A stretch of 64,000 nucleotides of DNA from contig NC_043005.1 in assembly GCF_006345805.1 (NCBI RefSeq), forward strand, positions 8,742,001-8,806,000. Reading direction: 5' to 3'. Source of the DNA: Octopus sinensis (lineage: Eukaryota). The notes beneath the pieces were generated by a model. That model saw only the letters and a program-made list of their open reading frames with translations, made no database searches and was not told the origin of the DNA. Numbering within the stretch: position 1 is the first letter of the stretch; every line of letters begins with the position of its first letter. Of the stretch, positions 51,237 to 64,000 are shown piece by piece. The position numbers and the translations under genes were made by a program.

Positions 51237-53225
51237 ATAATAATAATAATAATTGTGTACAGTGCTCAGGTGCACTACAACTCATCTAAAGTGTATATAT
51301 AATCAGGTGTAGTTTCGACGGATTTCGGAAAGCATGAGGGCCTTAAAGGATGCAGTGTCATGGCAGTCAACAACTGATGCAGGCAGTTTATTCCACGCTT
51401 CACAACACCCTGAGCGTGAAAAAATGTTTCCGAAAGTCATGGGAGCTGTATTGTTTTCTGACTTTGTAGGCATGTCCACGTGTGTTAGACACATGGAGAT
51501 CAAAAGGTGTTCAGTGTTGTTGTTGGTGAGGTGGTTGATAACCTTGTGGGTGTTTACCAAGTCCGTCGCCAAACGCCGGAGCTTCAGTGAATCCATGCCC
51601 AGGGAAACAAGGCGCGCTCAGAATATGGTAGGTGTCTGATGGAGGGTATGCGTTTGGTTGCACGTCTCTGGACAGATTCCAGGAGGTCAATGTTCTGTGC
51701 AAGATAGGGGTTCCAAACTGATGATGCGAATTCCAAGTGTGGTCGTACCATAGCTGTATACAGTTTTAAATAGATGGGCTGAGAGCGGCTAACAAAACCT
51801 GCTGAGTGATGCCAAGACACCCTCGGCCTTCCTGACAATCTTAGAGATATGCTTCGACCAACGCAAATCACTGCTGACAGTGATGCCTAGGTCACGCTCG
51901 CAAGAGGATTTCTTGATATCAGTGTTGTGGAGGGAGTATTGAACGCAGGGTTTTTTTCTCCCAATGCATGGTGGTACACTTGTCCACAGCCAGTTTCAGT
52001 TGCCAGTCTGTGATCCATTGCTGCATTGTCTAGGTCTGATTGCAGGAAAGAGTTGTAGACATCAGGATCTGTCCTCTTGATTTCAAGGTACAGCTTGATG
52101 TCGTCCTGCATATTTCAATACTGTGGCATTCCTTAAATTGGCATCTATGTCGTTAATGTATGCCACAACAAGAGGGGACCCAGGACAGATCCCTGTGGTA
52201 CACCCGATGACATCTCATATGGTGTAGAGTGCTGTCCTAGAACTGTAACTACCTCCTTTCGGCTGAGGATGAAGGATTTCAACCAGTTAAAAAGGTCATC
52301 CCCCACACCCATTGCAGAGAGTTTCACCATAAGCCTTTGTGTGGCACAGAGTTGAAAGCCTTAGCAAAGTCAAGGTAGACAACATCCACCCATGAGCCAC
52401 TGTCAGTAATCTGAGTAATGTCCTCAAGGAACTCGACAAGCTGGTCACTGCAGCTGGAGTTAGGGACAAATCCATATTGTGAGGGTCGGATGAGACTGTG
52501 AGAGCTCCAGAAGTTCCAGAGTGTTTCTCTGACACACGATTCCATCAGTTTTGCAATACAGCTGTGAGACTGACTGGGCGATAGTTGACAGGTGATGTGC
52601 GGGTCGCCCTTTTGAACAGAGGAATGACACTGGCAGTTTTCCACTGCTCCGGAGTAGCACCATTGTTGAGACAGTACTGGAAGAAAATAGAAAGCTGGTG
52701 TAAAAGGAAGTGCCTGCCACGTTTGAGAAGCAGGTATGTAACTCCATCGAGACCAGGGGAGGCATAGTTGCGCTTATTTTGAAGGTGACGTTCGCAGCAT
52801 TGCAGGTGTAAATTCCATAGTTGTTATGGAGTTTGCTGTTAGTGATGGTGAAGATGGTACATTTTGACTTTCACAGTGAATATGTTTGCATAGCACTCGG
52901 CAATGAGTTCTGCGCATTCCTTGGGGTCGTCAGTGATCTGGTTTTTGTGAGGGTTGCGAAGAGGGCCCACTGGAGAGTGAGGTCTCTGCTGGAATGCACA
53001 TATTTCCAGAAAACCTTGCTGTCAGGATTGCTGCTATGCACTGTTCAAATTCAAGCACTGCTTTTTTTGTCACTTGCTTGAGATGGTTGGAGGATTTATT
53101 CCGCTTCTTCCTGTTGGTGTCTGATTTATGCAACCTGTATTCCCGTTCAGCAGTCCGACGTTCCCTCCTGGCAAGTCGGACCGCTGAAGTTTCCCAAATT
53201 GCCAGATGGCCACCTAGAATTATCT
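51237..53225 (-). mobile_element. 5'-truncated CR1-like LINE, about 2 kb, multiply frameshifted RT, (ATT)n tail
   Basis: SPGLDGV..W.TASVIPLFK..NYRPVSL; VDVVYLDFAKAF; SGVPQGSVLGPLL; YA(+1 g)DDIKLY; VRPHLEFASSVWNPY..LESVQRRATK; RRLATDL; WNKLP; 3' end gtgcacctgagcactgtacacaatt(att)n. Confidence 0.95.
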
Positions 53226-53394
53226 GAGAATGTGAAGTACTGAGTAAATATAATGTCAATGCGTCTTTACAAATGACACCGATGCATGTATCTCTTACTT
53301 GTTATTTCTATATTTTGAATAAAGAAACGTTTCTCTATTGTAATTGTAACTGGAAAGATAATTCCAAGTTATCGGAACTCTTCCGCTCACTATA

Positions 53395-53792
53395 TCTTTA
53401 TATATAAAAGCGAGGTTGTGTGCTGTCTGTCTCCTACGATTTAGATTCCTAACTACTCCCACATTTTGCGGTGCAGTTTAACCAATACCGGGTATCTTAT
53501 AGTCGTGATTCATATCGAGCCCTTCTGGGGTTTAGCGCGCGTTTACGATGAGTCTACGTTTTAAAAAAAAATTACCATCAATTTTTCCCATTTTTAATGC
53601 ATTTTTGGCATATGTTAGGGAAGTAACTCTCTAAAAATGTATTATTAAATCTCAGAACTTAAAAAGCTACAGCAACACCCCCCCCCCTTTGTGGTTAGCC
53701 ATATTGAGATGGCTATTATACTTTACATCTCTAAAAATGCTTATATAGTTATTTCCCTTACAAACCCGAGCAACGCCGGGCTATACTGCTAG
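53395..53792 (+). mobile_element. 398-bp non-autonomous Helitron
   Basis: A|TCtttatatataaaag 5' end, cccgagcaacgccggg subterminal hairpin, CTAG|T 3' end, no TSD (A/T insertion). Confidence 0.85.
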
Positions 53793-55069
53793 TATTATAT
53801 AATGTTCGTACGCGCATATCTAGATACATATGTGTGTCTGCGTGCGCGAGCTCGTGGCACGCAAGTGTGTGTGTGTGTGTGTGTGTAGTGTATGCAAAGC
53901 ATGTTTGTATCTATGAACAAAATGTTTCCTGTGTGTATCATCTGTATAAATTCTCATCCTCGCATATAACTGCCGTTCTAGAATCAGTTAGACAAAGTAC
54001 GGTGCATTTCTCATATTACCCCCGTAAAACTTGCATTCTGTATCCACATAATATAAAACCACTCATACATTCAAACCTAGCGTTTTGTACATATACCAAT
54101 ACATTATAAATCAGTAGATACATAAAAGAGTAAATATATAAATCTGTAACGAAACGTGGCTATTTTAAAGTCGGGAGTTGTAGTATTGTAGATAACGTTG
54201 TTATCTACAACAGTTCCATCAATACCGAATTCGGAGCAATTATTCGTGTGATACGTTATCATATATTTTATTTACAGCTGAAAAATTTAATTTGCTTTTC
54301 TCCCTATCTACCATTCCCGGTGAGACAGTTGGCATAATTCACTTGTAATTCCGACTTTGCCTTCTGAGAATAAAATCTGCTTTCACTATTACACAATATG
54401 AGGTCTAAATGTTTCATCTGAAAGTTGTTACACTGATGTATGCGTGTGTGTCTGTGTGGTGGGTTATTGTACCTTCAAGAATATATAATACTTAACTAGA
54501 AAAAATATAGTGAATTTTGTTTCATCCTTTCATCAGCATGATACCGATCACCATTGGCAGAATTTCTCATTTCGTTAAAATTTTGCAAATTTCAACAATA
54601 CTGGAGAGTACATAGGGTAGTGTTACATGTTGTCTGATTGATGCAAAATCAAATGCCATTGCTGGAATTTCACTTCGGCACAAATATATTGTAAAGCCAA
54701 AGTATATTTAATGTACTGGTGTGTTCGAGGATTTTTGAAGTTTATTAAGCTTTTAATTTTTTCTTTAAGCTATTTTTCTTCGAGCGATTTTTGAGAATCC
54801 CCGCCTCCAAAGAAAAAAAGAATCCTAAAAAAACTCTTCATCCTTACTTGTTTTGTCCTCACTTGTTTTGACCTCTCTTAACTTCTCTTAATTTATTGGT
54901 TTACAATATTTCATTCTACTCCTTTACCTCACTCAAGTCAAGTTACGGTCACCCAGTTACCTTAATATACTAGTATATATGTATGAGTTGTATTATTAAT
55001 ATATATTTTCAGACATTGCTGTGTATAGAGAGAAATATATTGTAGATAGAAAAGAACGTTTTATTCTCG

Positions 55070-56565
55070 AGGAACGTCCTTTCCTTATTCAAACAAGCCA
55101 TCACCTGCATGCCCCCCTCTGGTTCACAATTTCTTCCATATTTCTGCAACCCTACCTATTTCCTTTCCCTGGTCCCGCCTACAGTGTCACACCTGCCCCT
55201 ACCTCTACGGCACCACCGTTCTCACAGACAACTATCACCGTCCCTATCACGTCACCAACTCCTTTATTTGCCCCTCTAGTTATGTCATTTACTGCATTTT
55301 CTGCTCTCTCTGTACATTGGTCAAACGGGATGCACTTGGCTGATCGGTTGCCGGAGCACCTCCGGGATTTCAGACTCGGCAATGACACTTCGGTCTCTCG
55401 CAAATTCTGCTCTAACGCTCATCTGCTACAACATTTGCCTGTTTCCGGACTGTCTCTGCACAGGGGCCACCCGAAGTACCGCCTTCGCCGTGAGCAGAAA
55501 CTCATCTTCTCTCTTCGTCCCTTTGGGCCACAGGCTAAACTCACCACCTATCTTCATCTGACACCAACCTCACCTCTTCTCTCCATTTGACACGAATCCC
55601 ACATGAATTCCCACTCACCCCCCACACATTCAACCTACACGCCTGCATACCGCCCACCAAGGTGCCGTCACTCACATGCACATTTATACACACTTAGATA
55701 TTGTTCAAATCATCATTCACTGCAAACACCATTACACACAAATCTACAACACTTTTCCACTCCACACACACTCCTCAGCACCCTCACAACACGCCGTCAT
55801 CCACACACACATATACAGTCTTCAGTAGCATCAGCTCACATCACTATGTGAGCAGCCACACACACTGTTTAACTCAGTACACACACCACACACCGTCATG
55901 CACACTCGTACACCCGCACAAGCACTTAATACCTGAACACAGACAATATACAAACCCACAACCACACAAGCCCATAATACCTGAACACAGTGCATATACA
56001 TACACACACAACTTGCATAAACACATGCAGCACACATAGACAAAGACAACTTTCACCCACAGGTACACTATTTGGTCACAGTGACACGCACACACATGCG
56101 CACACACCACGTGAGAAAGCACATATCAACTGCTACACACAACATACACACGTTACACACGCTCACACACGCTCACACGCACATATTAAACTTACATCAC
56201 ACATTCACTTACATTCACACATACATAGTTAAACATTCACACGCACAATTCTGACATACACGGACACGCCTGCGCACCTCCTCTTGTTAGGATCACCATG
56301 AATTATCTCTCCCTCATTCGACCTCTCTTTATTATTATCTCCCTTTCATCCAACCTCTTTCTATCCAATCATTCGCCATATTGGACTACTGAAATCAACA
56401 CTTTCTATTCCATTCTCTCTATTTCCTCTTATTCTTTTCTCTCGAAGAGCGCAGGCACGAAACGTATAATACTTTTCCATTTTTCCCGAGTGTGAAACTA
56501 GTACACTTCCTTGTTGTTCTTACACCTGCCTTCGGCTTTGTTTTTCTGTAAAATTGAACTAAATA
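55070..56565 (+). mobile_element. Penelope-like element 3' end: GIY-YIG endonuclease remnant, CA-rich spacer, terminal repeat ending in (TA)n
   Basis: QCHTCPY..NSFICPSSYVIYCIFCSLC / LYIGQTG / LADRLPEHLRDFRLGNDTSVSRKF / RLRREQKLIFSL across frameshifts; terminal repeat 56280-56565 with hammerhead-like gaagagcgcaggcacgaaacg. Confidence 0.85.
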
Positions 56566-56659
56566 TATATATATATATATACATATACACAGACACTTAT
56601 ATGTGTATGTGTGTGTACGATTCTGCACACATGTATATACGTATGTGTTTATACATACA

Positions 56660-56722
<63 letters not shown>

Positions 56723-56844
56723 CATACATATACATACATATACATATATATATGCATATATACATATATATAGATATATACAGATATGTATATGTATATA
56801 TATATATATATATATAGATATATATGTATATATATATACATATT

Positions 56845-56895
<51 letters not shown>
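56565..56895. repeat. (TA)n/(CATA)n microsatellite
   Basis: Direct reading. Confidence 0.93.
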
Positions 56896-56899
<4 letters not shown>

Positions 56900-57474
56900 T
56901 CCTTCCCTCTTACACATACGCACGCTCATACACGCACAAATACACATGCTCACACACGAACAGACTCACACAGACACACACACACGCACAAACACACATA
57001 CTCATCTATTCCACAACACAGCAACCCACTCCAATATAATTATGTATTAAGATGGTTCACTCAATCGGAGATTGCATGTTGCACACTATTACTGTATTAC
57101 TTCCGATTTATTTATGTATATGTTTGCGCCCTAATGAAGCAGGATTAGATGTTGTTAGCGAAGCAGAACATTTCTAATATTGCTCGGAATATCGATTAGT
57201 GTCGTCTAACAGGCATGCGTCGTAAAGCTCACTCTGTAAACGGTTAAAACCTGTTCAAGTTATATAAGGCTGTGTCAGATCGTGTAGTTTCTCTGAGTTG
57301 TGGACATTCGTATTGGCAAGATATATTGAGCAGCAGGCCAATGTCGGATCATTGTAGATGATTCAATTAATTTCTTTTCATGTTTATCACATTCAATTTG
57401 TGTATTTATGCATCTATTTCCATCCAATATTTCTTTCTGCTACCTTGTCTTCTACTTCCTTCCACCAATCTACC

Positions 57475-57496
57475 TATGTGTCTGTCTGTCTGTCCG

Positions 57497-57586
<90 letters not shown>

Positions 57587-57649
57587 AATGTATATGTCTG
57601 TATATCTGTCTATTTATCTATCTATCAATCTCTCTCTATATATATCTGT

Positions 57650-57686
<37 letters not shown>

Positions 57687-57695
57687 CATACATAC

Positions 57696-57726
<31 letters not shown>

Positions 57727-57744
57727 CATACATATATACATATA

Positions 57745-57777
<33 letters not shown>

Positions 57778-57912
57778 CTGTCTATTTGTCTGTCAATCCG
57801 TTTGCCTGTCTGTCTGTTTATCTGTCCTTCTGGCTGTGTGTCTCTGTTTCTGTCTGCCTGTCTATGTATGTATGTATGTATCTATCTATTTATCTATCTA
57901 TCTATTTATCTA

Positions 57913-57960
<48 letters not shown>
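57475..57960. repeat. (TCTA)n/(TA)n/(TCTG)n compound microsatellite
   Basis: Direct reading. Confidence 0.93.
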
Positions 57961-57963
<3 letters not shown>

Positions 57964-59823
57964 TTATTTATATATGCGCATATTTGTTTGTGTATGTCTA
58001 TCCTATTAATTAATTAATTAATTAATTAATTCTCTTGCATCTATTTTCTTCTGATATGATTAATATACGTTCACCCTTTTGCTTCTTCACTGTTTTCGTT
58101 CCCAAATACTGAACACACTCTCTTTCTCTCTCAGCCATTCTATCTTACACCAAAGAAATACAATTTCTGCCCTCAGCCATTCTATCTTACTCATTTCTAA
58201 CATCATAAACCGAGCGTGACATTTGCAACAACCACCTCCAACATGTTTACCTTTTTTCCTTCTTGAATGTCCTTAGTATGGCTTTCGCAAGGGCAGGTCT
58301 ACTGGAGACCTACTCTACCATGAATCGTATCCCTGTGATCTCACTTCCGCGATATTTTTTGAAGGCCGTTCTTTTGTTACGAGCATCAATAAAACTTAAG
58401 CTATACCTTGCATGTAAATCTCTTGATAAAGCTCTCTGTCTCTTCTTTCTAGGACCAGTGACCTTATTTAAAATTTCGTAAGTGAGATGTGGATGACCCA
58501 TATTCTATCACCACAAGTATATTGTAAATTTAGTGTTTTTCCCTTTCTGTCTTCACCATACACTTCCTAATACCTACTTGACATAGTCGCCATTAAATCT
58601 CCCATCGGACATATGTGGTCTTGTGCGATTTCCACTTACGGATTCTTGAAGTACCCGTGACTACTCCTCTTCTCCCAAATACTGTCATCTCCACTCATTA
58701 CACCAAATCCTGTACATGTGTTTCTTTAGCAAGCGCCTGGCAAACGGTTCAGGAGAAACGTCAGTTGACACGAAACTCACTGGTCTGAGAGATTGTCTCC
58801 GGCTCACATCTTATTAGAAGTCATTGATTGCAGCAACGAAAGATCGACATATTTAACCGTGGGATTTGCTTGCATCACGTGATTCAATGATGTACTAAGA
58901 TGCAGAGCGAAAAAACTGCTTTCACAAAATTACTCGTGAGTGAGAGCCCAGTTGGGAGCATAAGATCACGGGTAGATTCCAGGTCGGAAAATGAGTGTGT
59001 AATTCCCATACCCGCATTATTTTAATTCAGGTGTGCTATCGCTGATTCCGTTTCCATTCACGTTTAAACACATACATTTAATCGGCCAATTGCTTGATTT
59101 GTTCATTCATTTGCTCACTACCCGACTAACTCAGGCTCACACACCTGTAAACACACCTGTAAACACACAAATGCAAACATACACGCACCCAGGCAGATGT
59201 ACACACACAGACAGGCACGCACACACTCAGTTATTGACGTTCATATGTATACACGCACATTCTCTCTCGCTCCCTTTCCCTGATCAGCCCACATCATTGT
59301 TTCCATTAAACTACCATGAATAGATATTTATTGAAAATTACATTGATCCTGCTGTTCAGAGTTATTGTCAAGACTGTGTTACCAAGGGAAGTCATATCGA
59401 CGTGTCTACATTGTAAACACCCATTATACCAATATACTCTGCACTTGCTAACCTGCTAGCGGAATCATGTGCCCTAACTCCCAGTGGGAGGTCCCGGTTG
59501 ATATATCCCACACGAGGATATTTGTCCTTGCATCAAGGACAATGCACATTTAAAATAATGTTATCAATAATCCTGTCCATAGTTGAGTAAATATTAGTTC
59601 AGATTGTCTTACGTTCATGTGATAGCTGCTCTCTATAAGCCGATGTTGACTCTATGTATTATGCGTTCATTCCTTCACAATATCAGAGTTTCGTTAATAG
59701 AATATGCATTGGAAATATTGATTTGATTCATTGATAAAATACTACAAAAGCATAAGAGAGAAAGAAAGGGTCATAAGGGTCGTACTAACCCTAGCGCATT
59801 ACTGCAAGTCTTTTTATCTAACA

Positions 59824-59908
59824 TACTCTTTTTACTCTTTTTACTTGTTTCAGTCATTTGACTGCGGCCATGCTGGAGCACCACCTTTTAGTACTTATTC
59901 TATCGGTC
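59824..59908 (-). mobile_element. Internally deleted 3' fragment of SINE family A
   Basis: Tail directly joined to gtacttattctatcggtc. Confidence 0.8.
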
Positions 59909-59997
59909 AACATGAAGGCATACTTTTAGGAAATTTCGATGGTGAGAATTGAACTCGAAACATAGTGGGCTAATTAAATAAAGCAAAACATTAGTAT

Positions 59998-60405
59998 CTT
60001 TACTCTTACTCTTTTACTCTTTTACTTGTTTCAGTCATTTGACTGCGGCCATGCTGGAGCACCGCCTTTAATCGAGCAACTCGATCCCGGGAATTATTCT
60101 TTTGTAAGCCCAGTACTTATTCTATCGGTCTCTTTTGCCGAACCGCTAAGTAACGGGGACATAAACACACCAGCATCGGTTGTCAAGCAATGCTAGGGGG
60201 ACAAACACAGACACACACACTCATATATATATACATGTATACGACAGGCTTCTTTCAACTTCCGTCTACCAAATCCTCTCACATGGCTTTGGTCGGCCTG
60301 AGGCTATAGTAGAAAACATTTGCCCAAGGTGCCACGCAGTGGGACTGAACCCGGAACAATGTGTTTGGTAAACAAGCTACTTACCACACAGCCACTCCTG
60401 CGCCT
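59998..60405 (-). mobile_element. SINE family A
   Basis: Full head ends at 60405, tail at 59998. Confidence 0.93.
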
Positions 60406-62054
60406 ACTATTCTATCATTTCTTTTCTTTCAAAATGTAGCATAACATAATGATTGTTGTGATTATATACGTAGTTTGTGGTTTGTAGGGAAGGGGAACGA
60501 GTAAAATTCAAAATAGGAATCTGAAATATGCGTACGTTTCCTTACCTAGCCTTTTATCAGTAATATGAGACTATGATGGCTATGAGATGATCAACCAAAA
60601 TAAATACGAGGTAAATATTACATCATCCTATCATTCGTGCGTCCTCACTCTTCTATAAGATGATATGATAATGACTCACCAATGGAATCTTATTCAAAAC
60701 CATGTAATTCTACCTCAATATGAAGCTAAATTCAGTATTTAGATGCTCATACAGGTATTGTGAAGCATTTAATGACAGCTCTATACCATTGTAAATCTAA
60801 CAATTCGTACTACTACACTAGGGATTTCTCTCGAGCGAACTGAAACGCAAATTTGACGCTAAGACTATGCAACAATTAAAATTACGTAAAATATCTAGCT
60901 CTATGCTGTGTTAACACAGTCATTTTCACAGACCTTTGTCATCACATGTAATGTGAAAAGAATCTAATACTAAATGTTATATATACATATTCATACATAT
61001 TCCCTTCTCAATGTAGGGGCAGCATTCTGACTTTGAGAAAAGATACACATGCATATAGATGTAAAAGGAGAAAACAAGGTATTAGATAGCGTCGGTGTGT
61101 TTATGTGCCTTTATATGAGTCTGTATTTTTGTGAGTGCATGTGTTAGTGTGCATATCTCATGAAACTGAGATATTATCGCATTTCAAAGTCATTAATATA
61201 ACATATTCGATATCATGATGACCAAATATTTACAGCAAAGCAATAGGGAACAGTGATGCTATATGAGGTTCTATTAGCTTTTCACGTAGATGATATAAAA
61301 TTCATTAGGTATACTATATATAGAGTGTGAATGGCTATGGTGTGTTAGAATTAGCTAAAGTTTATATAAACAATAGCTGAGGAGAGAATCACAGTGGAGT
61401 AGATATATTGCCCGCCCTGTTTGAAACATTATTCTGAACATTAACTCGGGAATTGGCAAAATCATTTAAACATTGATTACAATACTTCGTGGCATTTAAT
61501 TCAACACTCGGCGAGCTCGGTTCAAATCACACCGAGATTAGCTTTAACTATTATAATTTCGAAGTCGATGGAAAAGTACAATTCAGGACAGTGGATTGAT
61601 GAGTGAAAGTTAGAAAGGCGGGGAAGATATTTTTTTTCTGTTTTCTTTCCGATATCTGACTTCTGAGAGCAACGGTTGCCACGACTATAATGCGAAGCTG
61701 TATTAGCTCAACTCGTTGGCCTTTGTCCTTTGGATAACCTCGCTTAGAGTGGTTATTTGCATGCATGAACAATTTTAGACTGCCTCAAAAATCTTACCTG
61801 GGCCTACGCCTACTTGAGTAGATGCATTGTCCACTTTGATCGACGAAGGTACAAATACATTTCGAACACAAAAACCTGCTCCTCTCGGTTTGAGGATTTT
61901 GGTTTCATCTACATTTCCTCTTTAATTCTAGCTTTCTTCTTCTTATGTTGGTCTATCTTCTACATTACTCCTCTGTTGCTCTGACAGCCTGCCTCCGTCA
62001 CCATCCACCGCCGCATATCACAAATTACATCTTTATTTTAAATATTTCCATCTA

Positions 62055-62458
62055 CAGGAGTGGCTGTGTGGTAAGTAGCTTGTTAACCAACCACATGGTT
62101 CCGGGTTCAGTCCCACTGCGTGGCATCTTGGGCAAGTGTCTTCTGCTATAGCCCCGGGCCGACCAATGCCTTGTGAGTGGATTTGGAAGACGGAAATTGA
62201 AAGAAGCCCGTCGTATATTATGTATATATATATATGTGTGTATATATGTTTGTGTGTCTGTGTTTGTCCCCCTAGCATTGCTTGACAACCGATGCTGGTG
62301 TGTTTACGTCCCCGTCACTTAGCGGTTCGGCAAAAGAGACCGATAGAATAAGTACTGGGCTTACAAAGAATAAGTCTCGGGGTCGATTTGCTCGACTAAA
62401 GGCGGTGCTCCAGCATGGCCGCAGTCAAATGACTGAAACAAGTAAAAGAGTAAGAGTA
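62055..62458 (+). mobile_element. SINE family A
   Basis: Full-length head to tail. Confidence 0.94.
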
Positions 62459-62670
62459 CACTGCCTTGCAAGAATAAAAAAATTAATTGCAATTTTTTCT
62501 CTCTTCTGTTTCAGACGAAAGACTGGACACTGAAACGAAAAGTCTTCCTTCATCACAATATTTAAAGCAATCAGACTTTCCCAATGACTATCATTTGGAG
62601 TAACTACTGACCACGCAAACCATCACTAGTATCTCATATTCTGATTTTAATGTTGTTGTTATTATTGTTG

Positions 62671-62914
62671 TTACTCTTTTTCTCTTTTAATCTTGTACTT
62701 GTTTCAGTCATTTGACTGCGGCCATGCTGGAGCACCGCCTTTTAATCGAGCAAATCGACCCCAAGATTTATTCTTTGTAAGCCCAGTACTTATTCTATCT
62801 ACTTATTCTATCGGTCTCTTCCGCCGGACCGCTAAGTGACGGGGACGTAAACACACCAGCATCGGTTGTCAAGCAATGCTAGGGAGACAAACACAGTCAC
62901 ACAAACACACACAC

Positions 62915-62956
<42 letters not shown>

Positions 62957-63119
62957 GACAGGCTTCTTTCAGTTTCCGTCTACCAAATCCACTCACAAGG
63001 CATTGGTCGGCCCGGGGCTATAGCAGAAGACACTTGCCCAAGATTCCACGCAGTGGGACTGAACCCGGAACCATGTGGTTGGTTAGCAAGCTACTTACCA
63101 CACAGCCACTCCTGCGCCT
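62671..63119 (-). mobile_element. SINE family A (convergent with 62055-62458)
   Basis: Full-length; small internal duplication tacttattctatc. Confidence 0.94.
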
Positions 63120-63608
63120 ATTTGTTGTTGCTGCTGTTGTTGTCATCGGTTGCTGTGTTTTTTTTAATTCATAATCGTGGACGTTTGACCCATGATCACT
63201 ACGAGTGTATTTTTCAGATTTACAGGTAGCATTATCCAATGAACCCATTTTCCAAATACGGCACGGCTGGATTTTGTGGAGATCTAATTGTTATTACCAG
63301 TCAGTCAGTAAAACTGGATGTTGTTGCTAGTTACTTCTGAAGCTAACCTACTTACGTTGTCTCATGATCAAAAGTATTTCTACCTGTTTTACTATCTAAA
63401 AGTACATGATGGCTAGGTCTTTCATTCATATTTTTAGACTATAGTGCATAATGTACAAACGGGTCCACTGAGTACATACTATTTAGTCTGCAAAACTGTT
63501 TGACGCAGATGTTATTCAGATATGAACAGGGATAAAAGTATGATATCTGAAGCTCACATTGCTGTTCCTGTTTGTATAAATCTACGTTCAGAGTTAATTT
63601 ATGAGAAT

Positions 63609-63643
63609 ATAATAATAATAATAATAATAATAATAGTAATAAT

Positions 63644-63690
<47 letters not shown>

Positions 63691-63818
63691 TAATGATGAT
63701 GATGGTGATGACGATAATGATGATGATGATGTTGATGATGATAATAATAACAATAATAATAATAATAATAATATAATAATAATAATAATAATAATAATAT
63801 AATAATAATAATAATAAA
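63609..63818. repeat. (TAA)n/(TGA)n microsatellite
   Basis: Direct reading. Confidence 0.97.
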
Positions 63819-64000
63819 GTGCAAAAGATTGTCTTAACTGGTACATCACACGTATTGAGAAGAGCATTGTCGATGTGAGAACTGTTGCTGCTCATGTATT
63901 TTAATTTAACTTTAAAAAAAAAAATAATGAACGAACTACTGAGTTTGGTTTAATGGCCTACCAATGTATACTATGAGTTTCTTTGCCCTAGGAGTCGGGA

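Noticed and set aside
57131-57165. CTAATGA...GCGAAG hammerhead-like motif
   Set aside because: Both core halves are mutated and the helices are unsupported.
58263-58720. Short ORFs with faint LINE-like wording
   Set aside because: No diagnostic RT or endonuclease motif that I can defend.

Overview
Repeat-dominated, AT-rich eukaryotic DNA. The SINE families, the microsatellite load and the LINE types strongly resemble Octopus (coleoid cephalopod) genomic sequence; this is recognition, not a database result. I found no intact host protein-coding gene, and most ORF-track entries are microsatellite translations. The window holds: (1) three tRNA-headed SINE families (A, 9 near-full copies; B, 3 copies; C, including head-to-tail multimers); (2) decayed non-LTR retrotransposons (CR1/L2-like, R4/Dong-like and an RTE-like non-autonomous element); (3) several Penelope-like element (PLE) pieces (RT, two GIY-YIG ends, terminal repeats) with decayed minimal hammerhead ribozyme motifs and fold-back palindromes next to (TA)n; (4) Tc1/mariner fragments, two Helitron-type elements and a 445-bp MITE with an 8-bp TSD and internal telomere-like repeats. 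The most notable observations are the hammerhead/fold-back PLE termini, a twin-priming-like inversion in an R4/Dong-type element, a 3' tail with a conserved hairpin shared by a CR1/L2-like LINE and SINE A, and multimeric SINE arrays. Coordinates were read by eye; boundaries of decayed elements are approximate.
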